The notes beneath the pieces are model-generated. The model did no database searches, was not told the origin of the DNA, and saw only the letters and a program-made list of their open reading frames with translations. A stretch of DNA of 63,737 nucleotides, filler included, from Hyphochytrium catenoides (lineage: Eukaryota; Protista; Hyphochytriomycota), in NCBI GenBank assembly GCA_900088475.1. It is 13 parts of 13 records of this genome, joined end to end, with 100 filler letters (N's around TTAATTAATTAA, not from the genome) between each part and the next. Parts side by side here need not be neighbours in the genome. Positions count along the whole stretch, not along the records: positions 48,717 to 50,313 come from FLMG01003839.1; positions 50,414 to 51,492 come from FLMG01002304.1; positions 51,593 to 57,129 come from FLMG01000317.1; positions 57,230 to 61,435 come from FLMG01004561.1; positions 61,536 to 63,737 come from FLMG01003577.1; 8 more parts are not named here. The stretch is one strand, 5' to 3'. Position 1 is the first letter of the stretch. Each line of letters begins with the position of its first letter. A program made the position numbers and the translations under genes. Shown here in pieces: positions 50,032 to 63,450 of this stretch.

Positions 50032-51202
50032 TTGAACGTGTCTTTGCTGCGATTGCTGCTGCCAGTCCAGACCTCCAATAATGTCTGTCGCAGACGAGCT
50101 AGCAGCACATACTTATCCGTGTAGTGGAAGAGGAAGAATGCGGGCGAGAGGGAGAGGAGAACGAGAGAGAGAGAGACCAAGAAAAGAGAGACGAGGACAG
50201 AGAGGAGAGACGGCGGGCGGGGATGTTGATCCTGAAGAAAGATTTCAATGGACGTGAGGGTTGACCCATAATTGACAACATATTTGACATTTGCACATTC
50301 TGCCACAAACTGCNNNNNNNNNNNNNNNNNNNNNNNNNNNNNNNNNNNNNNNNNNNNTTAATTAATTAANNNNNNNNNNNNNNNNNNNNNNNNNNNNNNN
50401 NNNNNNNNNNNNNACCTGTGCCCCCCACATGGGGATAAAGCAGCTCATATTCCTACAGCAACGTCTCCTCTCCTAATTGAGCAATCTGCTAGCCAAGATC
50501 CCAACACCATCATAAAAGAAGAAGTATGTACAACCATCTGCAGCCATCCAACCTGCGCTGTCCTTTGCGCCTGTGGGACGAGGGTGGGCATCTCGACGGG
50601 ATCTCTCTCTCTCTCTCTCTCATCTGTCTGCGCATGAAGCTAGACCAAGTTTATGGCTTGAGAGCAAAGGTCTTACGAGAAGAATGACGAAGCCGAAGAG
50701 AAAGACAAGGATATTAGGAGCAGGAAGGCCCATGAGATGGCCAAGCTTGAATCTCATCTCAAGTGCTACGTAGAAGGGCTGGCCGCACAGTAAACTACAT
50801 AAAGACCTCAACATTCACTAAGAGATGTACTATGAGGTGCAATGGCAAGCCTGTGAAATGATAGACGGCCAGAAACGAGAGACAGTGTGTGTATGTGTTC
50901 GAGAGGAATATGAGGGGAGGCCAAAGAGAGAGAGAAAGACGGAACAGGCTTGAGACAATGGTCTTGCACACATGTCGTATTAGTCATAGATCTATCATTA
51001 GGCTCAATGCTCCGTCGTACGTCTGGAAAAGAATGAGAGAAACAGACAAGCCGCCGATATGTACATAGTAACCTAGCCGACGCCGAGATTCCTTTTAGCT
51101 ATACCATTGAGCCGACGAAGGAAGAGAGAAGAGAAGCGTCGATACGTTAGAGGATACAAAGGTCGCTAGCCTGTCTCTTCTGATAAATAAGTTGATGTCC
51201 GG

Positions 51203-51319
51203 TTATGAGACAGAAGCGAGCAACTGCTTGGCGAAAGCTTCAAAAGTGGGCGGCTCCTCGCCTTTCACGGTCCTCAGCTGCACAGCGTGAGCTCCTTCCA
51301 CATCCCCAACTTTGACAAT
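51203..51319 (-). CDS. Terminal exon resembling a KA1 (kinase-associated-1) domain end, as in MARK/SNF1-type kinases
   Basis: Pyrimidine tract + CAG, then IVKVGDVEGAHAVQLRTVKGEEPPTFEAFAKQLLASVS*. The strand-strand-(R..KG)-amphipathic helix-stop pattern fits KA1. The rest of the gene lies beyond the spacer. Confidence 0.45.
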   Translation of the reverse strand: MVKVGDVEGAHAVQLRTVKGEEPPTFEAFAKQLLASVS

Positions 51320-51695
51320 CTGAGAAAAGGAGAAGGACGGACACAAGAGCGAAAGAGAGGAAGAAGCACACGATGAAGGTAACGAGGGAGGTTAGGAGAA
51401 GAAAGAGGTGGCGAGTATCCTCCTATCTGCTGCCTTGGACTGTCTCTCAATCATCTCTCTCTCTCTCAATCATCTCTCTCTCTCTCTCTCTCNNNNNNNN
51501 NNNNNNNNNNNNNNNNNNNNNNNNNNNNNNNNNNNNTTAATTAATTAANNNNNNNNNNNNNNNNNNNNNNNNNNNNNNNNNNNNNNNNNNNNGATGAATG
51601 ACAGAAGATAGACATCCATTATAGGAGAGAAAGAATAGCAAAAGTTGTGAGAGGAAGTGGCATAAGGCCTCACAACGGAAGACAACAGCACTTCA

Positions 51696-53691
51696 CCTGA
51701 GTTAGAAGCTCGATAGAGTCCAGTTGGCAGCGAGAGAGAAGCAGGACCTGCGTCCACTTCATCTCGGGAGAGAGGAGAGATGTCGAACCCAGGGCCGAGA
51801 GCTCGAGAACGACAGGACTAGGAACAGAGAAAGGAGAAATCGAAGAGGGAATAGGGGAAGAGAGAGACAGAGAGAGGGGGAGAGATAGATAGGTAGATAG
51901 ATAGATAGAGAGAGAGAGAGAAAGAGAGGGAGAGAGTTAAAGAATAAGCTAAGGATCAGCAAGGAAGACGAATGAAAAGAGGAAGAGGTGTTAATGAACG
52001 AGGAAGAGACCTTCACCTTTCTTTTTCCGCTATCATTCTCTTCTGCTCGACTGCTTCTCCTTCTTTCTCCTCGTCGTCAGCTTCTTTTCTCTCTTGATTC
52101 TCTTCTACCACGTTTACTGTCTCTCTAGGGCTCTGTCTTTCTTGTTCGGCGTCACTACCACTATCCCCGCTCCCCACAGCATGTCTAGCCAGAATGGAGA
52201 AGAGAGAGAGATGGAGAGAGAGTCAGCAGAGACCAGATATAACCAGGAAAGTTAACGGTGAGAGAGACAGAAAAAGAGAGAGAAAAGACACCGAAGAGAG
52301 ACAAGGACCAATTCGCGCTTAGAAAGAGAGAGGACACGATTCTTCGAAGCTCTTACGTTGTTATTGATATCTCTGTGGCTGGTGCGAGAGGAGCTTCGGG
52401 AGACGGAACAGAAGAGCAAAAGACCGTCTCGGCAACTGGTGTTCCTCCTCTCTCTTCTGCCCTTGGAGCTAAAGTCTAAGGGATTAAACATAGGAAAGAG
52501 AGAGAGAAAGAGAGAAGGGAGAGTCGCGAGTCAGCAAGGACGGAAGAAGCTCCATTCTGTTACCAGAAGAAGAGGGAGAGACAGAGAGACTGGCAAAACT
52601 CTTACCTCAGCTGGAGCAGGTGCAGTTGGGAGAGCAGGAGAAGCAGAAGGAGAGATAGCAGAGCTTGTGTGCGGCAGATTGGAAGACTGAGAGAGAGAGA
52701 CACTTGAATGGAGAGGGAGACCTGGTGGTCGATTTAGAGACAAGGAAGAAGAAAGCCGCTCTTTCCAGCTCAGGCCGCGCTTGTGGCCTGGAGGGAGAGA
52801 CATTGTGTTTGAGGAAGAGTGGTAAGAAGAAGAAGAAGGCGGAGCAGCAGAAAGAGAAGAAGAGAGAAGGAGGTCTCTGCTTTCTGCAGGGGCGGAGGAG
52901 AGAGAGAGAGAGACAATGCCGGTGACTCTACTCCCCGCAAGGTGCTGCTGGGTTGCGATAGTAGTTTCTGGTACAGAAAGAGAGAGAGAGAGAGGAGGCG
53001 TCACCGGAGCAGGGAGAGAAGATTCAGAGGAGGAAGATGCAAGTGGTGGGATAGGAGGAGAGAGAGCGAGATTCTTTTTGACTAGGATCTCTAGCGGCGC
53101 CAGTGGGAGAGAATCACAAGCAGGAGAGGAGAGAAAGGGCAGGACGGGCGCGGGTGTAGCTCCTCCTCCTTCGCCGCTGTGGACACTGAGACTTTCGCTA
53201 AGAGAAGAAGTCTCGTCTCCGTCTTTCTCTCCTCCATCGCCGTGTTTTCCACTGATGCTTTTCTCTCCTTCCCCTCCAACACTGCGTTGTATGCTTTGCG
53301 CGTCAGAAGAGCTGCTGCAGCTTGATTGTGTGTCTCTCTCTCCTTGAGTCTCTTTCTCTTCTCTCTCGGGCGGGTTCCTCTCCCTCTCTCCCAGGTCAAC
53401 ACTGCCAAAGGGCCGAAGTATCATCTCGAGAAGCACTTTCCTGTGACATAAAGAGGGCCAGCAAAAGAGAGAGAAATGGGGAGAGAAAGAGAGGGATCCA
53501 CAGGAAGAGAGAAAATTTAAAGAGAGACACATGGCCAGCAAAAGTGGAGCAGGGAATGATTAGAAAGGCAGGAGACATGTTGGAAGGGAAGGGAACAAAG
53601 AGGGAGACCAGGAAAGAGAGGCTGGAAAGGAGAGGCCGCTGAGGCGCAGAAGAAGAGAAAGAGAGGATATACCCACAAAGGGAGAGGGAGG

Positions 53692-53749
<58 letters not shown>

Positions 53750-54457
53750 GGAGCTGGGAAGAGAGGAATTCAGAACGACTACGAGTGAGATAAAGAGTAG
53801 GCATAAAGAGTAAGAGAGAGCAAGAGACAGGAAAGAGCATAAGAGATATTTACCGTTCAGGATAGAGCATGGGAAACTTCTTTGCCAAAGCGCTCTCTTC
53901 CACTTGCGAGGCAAAGGGTTGGGTGGCATCTCTCTTCTCTCCTTCTCTCTCTCCTTCTACTTGTTGATTGGTAACCCCGCGAAGTTCTCTGAGGGCCTCC
54001 CAAACTTCTTTGGGCGCCTGGAACTGCTTCTCCAGGAGCTCCAGTCTCTCCACCTGAAGCTGAGAAAGATGCAAACGAAAGTTATCAACGGAGACGGAGA
54101 GACGGAGAAAGAGAGAGACAGAGAGAGGAAGAGAGGAAGAGAGGGAAGAGTGGAGAGAGTGAAAGAGAATGGAGACTAGGGGAGCGAACAACACGGGAAC
54201 GAGAGAGAATGGGGAAGCAGCACAAAAAGACGAGAGTGAAACTGGATCAAGAAAGAGAAAGGAATGGAGAGAGGAGAGAGAGAGAGAGGTAGAGAGAGAA
54301 TGAAAAGTGTTGGAGTCACACCTTCTCCAGTTCCACATTCTGCAAAGCCTTTCTTATAAATTTTCGACAGCTGTACAACTGCAGCAGTTCGCACGCCTGA
54401 CACCGGGAGAGAAAGCAGGGTTAGAAAATAGAGACAAGGGGAAGCAAATATTAAGAC

Positions 54458-54507
<50 letters not shown>

Positions 54508-55508
54508 GCCCGAAAGAGATTGTGATAGAGGGAGAGAAGACTCCGAGAACCTTCTCAATCTGCAGGACCAAGGCAGGATGGAGCGACGTCCCACTGAGCT
54601 TCACTTCCAAAAGATACTGGGGCTCGCAGGGCTCCTGAGGAGAGAGAGAGAGAGGGAGAGATGGGGGGAAAGAGAGACAGCGAGATGGCGAGAGGAGATT
54701 GAGTGAGAGAGCGAGAGTGTGTGAGAGAGGAGCTCTTTCTGCCTGCTTCGTATTCTCTTTCCCTCTCTTCTTCTTTCTCATCACCTCTTTGATTCAGTGT
54801 TTTCCTCTCCCTTCTCTGGCTTGTTCTTCCTGTGGAGTCTCTGTCTCTCTTTAACGCAGCTTGTGATTCCCTCTCTTCTCTCTCTTCGCTTTCTTCTCCC
54901 TCTGTCTCTCCTATACTCTCTCTCTCCATTAGGGAAAGACTACCTGCAGGAGAACAGGACTAACTGGCACTTCTTTCTCTTCTCCTCTGCCTTGACATCG
55001 CAGAAGCTCCAAGATGGCTATTCCGACCTTGACAGCCAGAGGAGGAAAGAAAGAAGCAGAGAGGGAGAGAAGAAGAAGAGAAAGAAACCTGAGAGAGAGC
55101 GAAAGAGAAGAAAAACGAAAGATAGAGAGAGAGGGGGAAGTTTGAGGGAGAGAGAAAGAAGTAGTTGAAGAAAGGACAACAAGGGAGGGAGAAAATGAGG
55201 AAGAAGGGACCACACTGGAAGACAAAGAAGGAAAAGAAAGAAAGAAAGGCAGACTTCGTGGAGGAAGAGGAGAAGGGTCTACCCTCTCAGAAAGGAGATT
55301 CTCTCTCAGATCCAGACTGTAGACGATCGGGAGAAGTTCCAGGGTGCTCAGTAACGGCAAGACCTAGAGAGCGGATATGAGAGAGAGAGAAGACACAGAG
55401 AGAGAGAGAGCGAGAGAAGACAGAGAGAGAGAGAGAGCGAGAGAAGACAGAGAGAGAGAGAGAGCGAGAGAAGACAGAGCGAGAGAGAGAGAGCGAGAGC
55501 GAGAGAGA

Positions 55509-55540
<32 letters not shown>

Positions 55541-55955
55541 TTGAAGACAAAAAGAAAGGTAGTGAGGGAGACACCCCAGAGAGAGAGACACACATCAGGG
55601 AGAGAGAGACACACCAGAGAGAGAGAGAGACACACCCGAGAGAGAGAGAGAGACGAAAGGGAGGGAAAGGGTTGCAGAACCTGAGCCTCGGCGAGCTGTT
55701 GGCGGCGGAGGTTTATGGAAAGCTCTTTGGTTTTTCCCTGGTCAACCCGCCGCTGGATTTTCTGAGGAAAGAAATGAGTCAGGTTGGAAGAAGAGAGAGA
55801 GTAGGAAATAAAGAAACAGGATGGTTTAAGAACGGCAGGAAGACCCAAATATATGGCGAGAGAGAGAGAGAGAAAGGAATAGAAGAGAGTGAGATGAAAG
55901 AGAAGAGAGAGAAATGGGGGAGATAAGAGAGAGAGAGAGAGAGATCGAAAGAAAG

Positions 55956-55986
<31 letters not shown>

Positions 55987-56157
55987 TGAGAGAGAAAAAT
56001 CTAGCAAAGGTGCTCCGCAGCAAAAGCAAGGAGTGGGGATAGGGAAGGGAAGACCTTGAGAATCTTCTTGGGAGCCGTCCCGCCAGCCAATCTCAGGTTC
56101 TCCATATATTTGTTAAGGAAGCTGAGGAAGTGTGGGAGAGAGAGAGCCGAAAGCGTT

Positions 56158-56201
<44 letters not shown>

Positions 56202-56510
56202 AGAGTGAGAAGAGTTATAGACTAAATAGCAACCCAGAGCAGAAGCTTTCATGCTAGAGAAGAGATAAGAGAGAGTAGGAAGAAAGAAAGAGCGAGTGGG
56301 CGAGCGAGCGAGCGAGCGAGAGAGAGACATAGAAAGAGAGAAATGGATAGGCAGGGACTTAAAAAGATAGCGAGGAGAGGAAGAAAAAGGGAGGAGACTG
56401 CTATTGGCCGAGAGAGAAGAGAAAGAGACGACGCGTGTCTCATACAGTTCGAGCTCCGAGGGAGGGCAAGCGCGGCAGCCATCGGGAACCTTTGGTCTCC
56501 TTCGTTTAAA

Positions 56511-56513
<3 letters not shown>
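51696..56513 (-). CDS. Leucine-rich-repeat protein with long Ser/Pro-rich middle region; multi-exon, 3' end missing
   Basis: ATG 56513 MFKRRRPKVP...; ELSINLRRQQLAEAQ|VLPLLSTLELLPIVYSLDLRENLLSE; YLLEVKLSGTSL. The last visible exon, PEMKWTQVLLLSRCQLDSIELLTQ, matches LxLxxCxLxxIxxL. Confidence 0.6.
55380..55500. repeat. 27-bp minisatellite (3-4 copies) built from a GA microsatellite, intronic
   Basis: The unit cgagagaagacagagagagagagagag is repeated and reads as SVFSRSLSL repeats on the minus strand. Confidence 0.8.
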
Positions 56514-56570
<57 letters not shown>

Positions 56571-58041
56571 ATCTTTCCTTCTTTTTTTCTCTTCCTCCTG
56601 CCCTGTCACTCTTTCTCTCTTCTTTCTCTCCCTCGTCGTCTTCCGCAGTAGGGATCAGAATCAGGTCAGATGTTCTGCCAGAGGAAATAACAGAAGCAGA
56701 ACCATCGAGGAGAGAGAGCAGGAGCGAGATAGATGACTCTCTTCTGTTTCCCTTTCTTCCGCGTGTCCTCTCTCTCCGCCCTGGCTCCACTTCTGTCTCC
56801 CTGATCAGACATGTGACGCTCAAGTTAGAGCGGCCATCGTCTTCTATCATGTCGTCCCTTGTTTGGCTGTTCTCTTCTTTCTCTCTCTCTTTGTCTCTTG
56901 TCTCTTCCTTTTGCATTGCCCGCCCTTCTGCCTCCCTGGTTCCCTCTGTCTCTTTCCCCTCTCTCTCTCTGTCCGTCTCCCTCTCTCACTCACTCTTTCT
57001 CTCTCCAACTATTCGCATCTGTTCATCCAGTAACGTCTTCTTAGGTTCAGGTTAGGCGTTTCCGGCTTACACAAGAACAAAACAATGAGAACTGGCACAG
57101 AAAGAAAGAGAGAGAGAGAGAGAGAGAGANNNNNNNNNNNNNNNNNNNNNNNNNNNNNNNNNNNNNNNNNNNNTTAATTAATTAANNNNNNNNNNNNNNN
57201 NNNNNNNNNNNNNNNNNNNNNNNNNNNNNTGTAGTACTTCTTTAATTCTTAAAACTGGATAATAAAAGTAGTAGATGACCTTCATTCACATGTGGCCACA
57301 TGTTGTCTGTCACTAACAGCATAACACACGTACAGCAGGACAGTAAGTTGTACAAGCCTTGTTTCCCGTGTTATTTACTTAAAGCCTCTTCTGCCTTTTT
57401 TGGCTCTCTTTTAGTCTACCCCTTAATACAGTATCTCCTTAGCTTACTTCCACTCTGTTTCTTTGTGTTTCTTCTCTTGCTCAGTCATTTTGTATTTTAC
57501 TATCCAATCGTTCGCACAAATATCTACGTAATGTTCTGCTCTCTGTCTAGCAGCCTCTGGACCGCCCAGCCTTGATAATCTAGGTTTCGTGTCAAAATCA
57601 TATCTCACTCCGACTCTGTCTTGTGTGTGTGCCACCCTCCACATTCCACTACAGAACACACAACAACAGACAAAATAATAGTCTCCTGAGCATTAGCCAT
57701 CTCTCATAGAACCAAGCCCAGAACGCAACGGTGGGTAATATAGCTGGAATCCCTAACATTATCTTAGCGTAACGGCGCATACTAGGCGCGTCCATTGTCA
57801 GCATCTGCAGCTGGGGCGGCGACAGAGAAGTTTCCTCGCCAGCTCTTCAATAAACTGTGCCCTCGACAGAAGACAGAGATGGACAGACCCACAAAGACAT
57901 CTTAGCTTGTCAGATCTTGCGATTGGTTCTCCTCGAGTCATCTTCCTTTTCAATAAGAGACGAAGAGAAGGGATCAGGCAGAGATTGACGAGGTTGTTCC
58001 TAGGAGTAGCTGAAGTCTGAGCTGGCAAGCCCTCTGTTATA

Positions 58042-59131
58042 GGAGAAAGCGATACTCGCGCAAGACATCCGTACCGAATCAAGAAGCTTTCCATTACCTC
58101 CTTTGGGCAACCGATTGGCTCCTTGAAGTCAAGGACAACTTCCTTCTTTCGCCTGGACACCAGGACAGTTGGGCCAAGCGACTGTACTTGTCGCAGTCGT
58201 TCTTGGCAGTAAGTCCGCGTCACAAGATCCTCTTCAGGCCCTGCTACAGGTCCTTTACATTCGAGGAGGACAGAATGCTCGACAAGAGCTTGGGTCCTCA
58301 CCCTGAAGACATTAAAGCAAACACCTCTACTCAAACATCGACCAAGATGTCAGCTGGTGAAGGGAGAAGGGAAAGAGATGCTACGAGCTCTGCTGGTGTA
58401 CGCCTCAATCAGTCGATAAACAAACTGCCAGAGAGTATGCAAGAGGCTCAGGTTCATTTTAGATCTGTCGTCAAGAGTGAGCTGCAGCAGTTGATGGCAG
58501 CAGGGAACTTGGTCGACTGAAGAGAAGAGGCCTCGCACCGTTAGCAGCAATAGAAGAGCTGACGCGGAAAATGCAAGGTGCCACGTTTGAGTCCGAAGAA
58601 GATTCAGTCCAGTCTACACCATTGAGCACTACCATTCAAGAAGCAACAACCAGCTTCTCATCCGCAAAAGAGAACAATTCTTCTCCTGAGGATGAAGGCG
58701 TAAGTACAGAATCGGTTGGATATGACTTATCGTCACCTCCCCGTCCAGAGGCAGGGGATTGCGTGCTGTCTTCTGCAAGCAGCAAAAAAAGGATTGTTCC
58801 GCCAGAGGCCGAGACCGAAGAGACAGAGAATAGTGTGAATCACCCACCGCAGTCCCAAAGGTTACCTCTTCCCTTGGACTTCCACAAGGCCTACCCTAGC
58901 TCCATACTACGTCCGTCACAGGTGACAACTACCCTTGGGACGAAGAGGAGACAGTACACTGCCGACTGTCCAAATGAGAAGCAAGAGTCTGGCAATAACC
59001 ATTCTATTCGACCAGCCAAGAAAGCGCGCAGTAAGTCTCCCCTGAAGTCGCCGATGCCAGCAGGAGTAAAGAGAGACAGGACGCTGGATAGCGAGCCTCT
59101 TCACGAATGTGCAAAGAGGATGAGATTGTAG
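58042..59131 (+). CDS. Hypothetical protein, low-complexity Ser/Glu/Pro C-terminus with basic NLS-like ends
   Basis: Open from ~58042 (RKRYSRKTSVPNQEAFHYLLWATDWLLEVKD...ESMQEAQ), with a second frame LKRRGLAPLAAIEELTRKMQG...PAKKARSKSP...AKRMRL*. A small intron or frameshift near 58450-58500 is needed to join them. Confidence 0.4.
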
Positions 59132-60699
59132 ATATGATTGTACATACCTTGAGGCCACAATTGTCAGTATACTATGAGAATGGTTGTTAATAGCGTGTGG
59201 CCTCGGCCCTGTCCATACAGTGTCTTAGTCGACTACCCAGCCAAAGGTAACCATAATACACAGTGCCCTTTTAGCTTCTTGTCAGCCCTTTTTGTCCGCA
59301 GCGGACATAACATTGTTTCGTCGCTCTGGACTCATTTGTCAAGCGAGTTACCAGTCATACCTACGTCCTATTGCCCGTCCATGCATACCAATACTTCTCT
59401 TCTTGTTCTCACTGCCACGTCCTCGCCTGTGTCATAAAGTTCATAAGCCTAGTAGCTGGACGGGCGAGACATTGCTAGTTGCCGTTATGAATGTTTGGCT
59501 CTGGCTTTCGCTATCGTGGTGTTTGACGCTGAAGCTGTTTGCGTCGGTTTGGAACGGCTTACCCTGCCTTAACTTCCCTTACAAGTCCTCAATAAAGGCA
59601 AGCCTATGTTGAAGCACTATTAGCCCGATGAAAGGACCATGGAATTCCCATCGATATAAAAGCGCTGTTGTTACAATCTACTTCTTCAAAGTTTGTTCCT
59701 CAGTTGGTTCACTCCTGACCTGAGGATCCGCATCAGGAGGAACCGATGAAACCTTTCCACATTGTGCTTCCTTGGGTACAGCAGGGATTCACAATAGGGC
59801 CAAAGCAGCAGCTGCCCAGGACATGATCTAAAGTGCATGAGCTAGCAGGTGGAGGTGCTTTTTGCTCCCACCGTTATCGCTAAAGTGTTGGAAATTGTCC
59901 CCATAGAATGACTCCATTCCTGCACCATCCCCGGGCAGGGGACATGTCATTCCACTTCTCTAGCTGCACGACCTGTCGATTCTCAAGATATTGAGCTCGG
60001 CATTTAGCCCTTATAATGTAATATAGGGACCCTACTAAACTTTCTCCGAACCGCTCCTACAACCTAGTGGTCTTTCAACCTCACTATCCATCAGGAGCAA
60101 AGCAGCCCAAACTCTCCTACTAAACACGAAGATCTGTTGCTGCAGGGCAAAGGGGCAGCGCAGAAGATATGCTATTCCTCCCGATGATGAAGATGAGACG
60201 AGGGTTATCGGGGCCAGTTCCAGATCTGTAGCTGTCTCATCCTCCGCGCCGGCGATGCTCCCAAAGCACCAACCACCAAACGCCACAGAAATGTTAGCAG
60301 CTGATTGGCGTCGGTGAAAGGTTATTGCTCTTCCTAGGCGCGGAGGTTTCCAATCAATAGATTTCTATGAATGAAAGATTAGTTGCGTATCCTAGATCTA
60401 TGCAATTTATATGCATACTATCAAGGAGGTAAAAGTATCTGCTGAAGGTTATTCTGAACATAAGACACGTGTGAATTATTCAAAGCCGGTTTGTGTTGAA
60501 AGCTTCGCGATTCCGGCCGTTTCTGAGTTTGGCTGTGAGACTGACACGGCCGCGGTGCCTCTTCCTGGTGCTGTCCCAGGACATCCATGCAAACGCTCGC
60601 CGCGCTGCTGCTCCTGTTCGCTCGCTCCGCCGGCGTCGAGGGCATCCAAGCTCCTCTCTGGTTGACGGCGAGAAGCGAAAGTTCGGCACTTCTCAGTGC

Positions 60700-61250
60700 G
60701 GGAGCCAGTCGGATTTGGCTGGATGTAGGTGAATGCTCACCTTCGTGACATCCCTCCTGCTTGCCGTCGTGATTCAAAGTTCCAGTTTACTTGAGGACAT
60801 TCACCGCGTTTTCAGAGCAAGTGATCGGCAGAGACACGGTTTTACTGAAGCGTTGTCTTTGCAGGTCGTGGATCAGGGCCAACTGTCCTAACTTCTAAGA
60901 AGTTTCACTGTCCATCGTCGCATCCAAGATAGCCGACACTGGTATTTCTCTCAAAACCATGCCTCCTCAATCTCAAACAGGAGTCTCATGGGTATGGATG
61001 GATATGCTCAAGCCAGCCAATCTTCTTCTCTCGTTTTTGGCATTGTCCTTCGCAGGCAGTGCGGTATCTGTCACAGTCCTATTAATCTACGGACTCATCC
61101 AAGCCTCTACGGCTGCAAAGGCGGGGGGATGAGAACGTCATTTTCCCACAGGAGATGCGGAACTTCAGTTGGCATGCCGATTAATATTAGGGCTCGCGCC
61201 GTCAACCGGGCTTTCCTATCTCTTTATAAAGGCTAGCAAATTAGGATAAT
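60700..61250 (+). mobile_element. Possible decayed LINE 3' end with CCHC zinc knuckle
   Basis: RRQCGICHSPINLRTHPSLYGC (Cx2C-x8-H-x5-C) lies in stop-rich, intronless DNA. Confidence 0.3.
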
Positions 61251-61894
61251 CGGGATAGCACATCAATATAAATAACTTGTGATTGTCAGTTGATAGTTAG
61301 TGGAAAGGAGATCTGTATAAAGGAAGAGCAGCCTGATTTCTTCAGTTCCCAGACCACGGCCTTGCTCTCAAAATACTTCAGTTTGTTGATTCTATCTATG
61401 GTCTGGCGCACATGCTCTTCAGCTTCCTTGTACATNNNNNNNNNNNNNNNNNNNNNNNNNNNNNNNNNNNNNNNNNNNNTTAATTAATTAANNNNNNNNN
61501 NNNNNNNNNNNNNNNNNNNNNNNNNNNNNNNNNNNGTGCTAGAGTCAAACTCGATGGATATGTCCTGGTTGCAGATTGCATGATAAGGAAGAACATGAGG
61601 AAGGAAGCGACCCAGAAGCAATGCAAGACAGTCAAATACGGGTCTATGCATCGTGCCAGTGGCCTTATGAAGGGATAACGGAAGAGAACGGTGGACATTG
61701 CCATGGAGGTGGCGCCACCCAAGCAGAGTAATGAGGTATAATGTCCTGGATAGAAGCTCAGAGTAAGACCAACCAATCTAAGAAGGATACATTGCGACGA
61801 TGGACGTGACACGACATCGCTCTCTCTCTCTCTCCCTCGTTCCTTTTCTTCTCTGTTCACTTTATCAATCTGTCACTCTTCCTTTTCTCCTCAC

Positions 61895-62357
61895 CCTGGG
61901 GACGAAGGTTTTGGCTTCCAGCTCCTTCTGCCTTTCTTTGATGTACTGCCAAAAGCGCTGAGGGACGGTCACATCTCCCCATCCTTCAGGGAAAAAGCCA
62001 GAAGGGAAGAGAACACGAGAATGCGTGACAGCCGAAATGACGTGGTCGAGGTCCCGATGTGGGTGAGGAGTCACCTAGTAGGTCAACGAGGGTCAGACGC
62101 GCGTGGGTCGGGTTTTAGATCAGAGACAGAGTAAGTCAAGCGATAGCTAAAGAGAGAAGGACATATGTCAAAGTTAAAGACGAAGAGACACGAATAAGCT
62201 GAGGGCCGAGGAGAAGAGAAGACGGAGAATGGCAGCGTCTCTCAAGCGTCTGGGCAGACTAAAGTGAAGAGCGCAGCTAGTGCCCTATTTAGCGTCAGTC
62301 TGGGAGGAGCAGCACCTGTTTTAAATAGCTGAAAGCATATCCCAGCGAGTTGACCAT
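61895..62357 (-). CDS. ABHD18: ABHD18/DUF2048-like alpha/beta hydrolase, first two exons (62357-62316, 62074-61895); remainder beyond spacer
   Basis: MVNSLGYAFSYLKQ|VTPHPHRDLDHVISAVTHSRVLFPSGFFPEGWGD. The LDH...FFxxGWG pattern is the N-terminal signature I recall for this family. The GT-AG junctions are in phase. Confidence 0.65.
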
Positions 62358-62699
62358 AGACCATGGGTGCAGCCTATGGATGGGGAACTGTGTAGGGTAT
62401 GGCGAAAGGAGAATGATCGAAAGAAGAAGACCTCTGTTATCTGTTTACTCTCCATCGCAAGTGAAGCTGAAGATTTGGACCCGCAGAAAAGAAGAAACAA
62501 TAGAGCTCACAATCAGCTGTCATTCAAAGGACACTGCTATTGGAAGATGGGATGACTTTGAGAAAGTTGTCAAGAGTGAGGGCACGCCACAGAGTAAGAC
62601 TGGAGCAAGAGATGAAGAGCCGGTCTGGCCAAACCTTGATGGGCGGCACCATCCTCGCTCCTTAACGCTTCTTCAAGCCTGTACCAATCCTATGTGATA

Positions 62700-63450
62700 T
62701 CTCCTCCATCCCCAATAGGAGATAGTGACGGGCGGTCGGCGGCAATGCGTTAGGGCGACTATGAGTCTTTCGAGAGACGCTGTTCTCGACCAAAGTGCTT
62801 ACTAGGCATTGTGGCAGAGCACGGAGCACGGGCTACCCGAGTGGATGCACTCTCTGGCGTTCAAGCTGCCAGAAGATTGTCTGGCATCTCATCTCTCTGG
62901 CTACTGCTGCTGGGTGGGCCGCCTCGTCTGGCCGATCCGTCACACGTCACATTCTGAAGTCAACACAAACAGAAAGAGCCATCTTACCTCCTGCCCGAAA
63001 ACAAAAATACTTAATAAATCGACAAAAGCATTTATCTTTCGTTTCTCCATTAGCTCTGTGCATACATATAATGCTTTCTACTTTTTAGGGTGCCCGAACT
63101 TGTAAAGTCGGTATTTGGCTGCTATCTTCGGGTGCATCGGGCTCAAGAAACTGCCTTACTGCCAAGAACAGTTGTTGACAGAGGCGAGATCCTTGCGACC
63201 ACCGCCATGAATGACCAATAATGACCTCAGAAGAGCTTCAGATCTCGGTCTGACGAGCGGCAGACTGATCGTCTGGGATGCCTACTGCGAGGCTCTGAGT
63301 CTAACCTCCTGCTGAAGTGTCATGGCAGAGCGCTATGCTTACGCTGCGTTACTCAGGAGGACAGATAGAGCTCCACTTTTCTCTGCCATCGTGCTACTCA
63401 TGTCTATAAAACGAGAGTGTCGTCCCCTCCTTCTGAGAGCTGCTAGTCTG
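62700..63450 (+). mobile_element. Possible decayed LINE ORF2 C-terminal region
   Basis: Fragments TLFS..., KLPEDCLA and RLIVW lie in broken frames, similar in character to the 29.5-30.4 kb relic. Confidence 0.3.

Noticed and set aside
57798-58334. 178-aa minus-strand ORF as a gag-like protein
   Set aside because: There is no zinc knuckle or other motif, and it is antisense to a more protein-like + strand frame.
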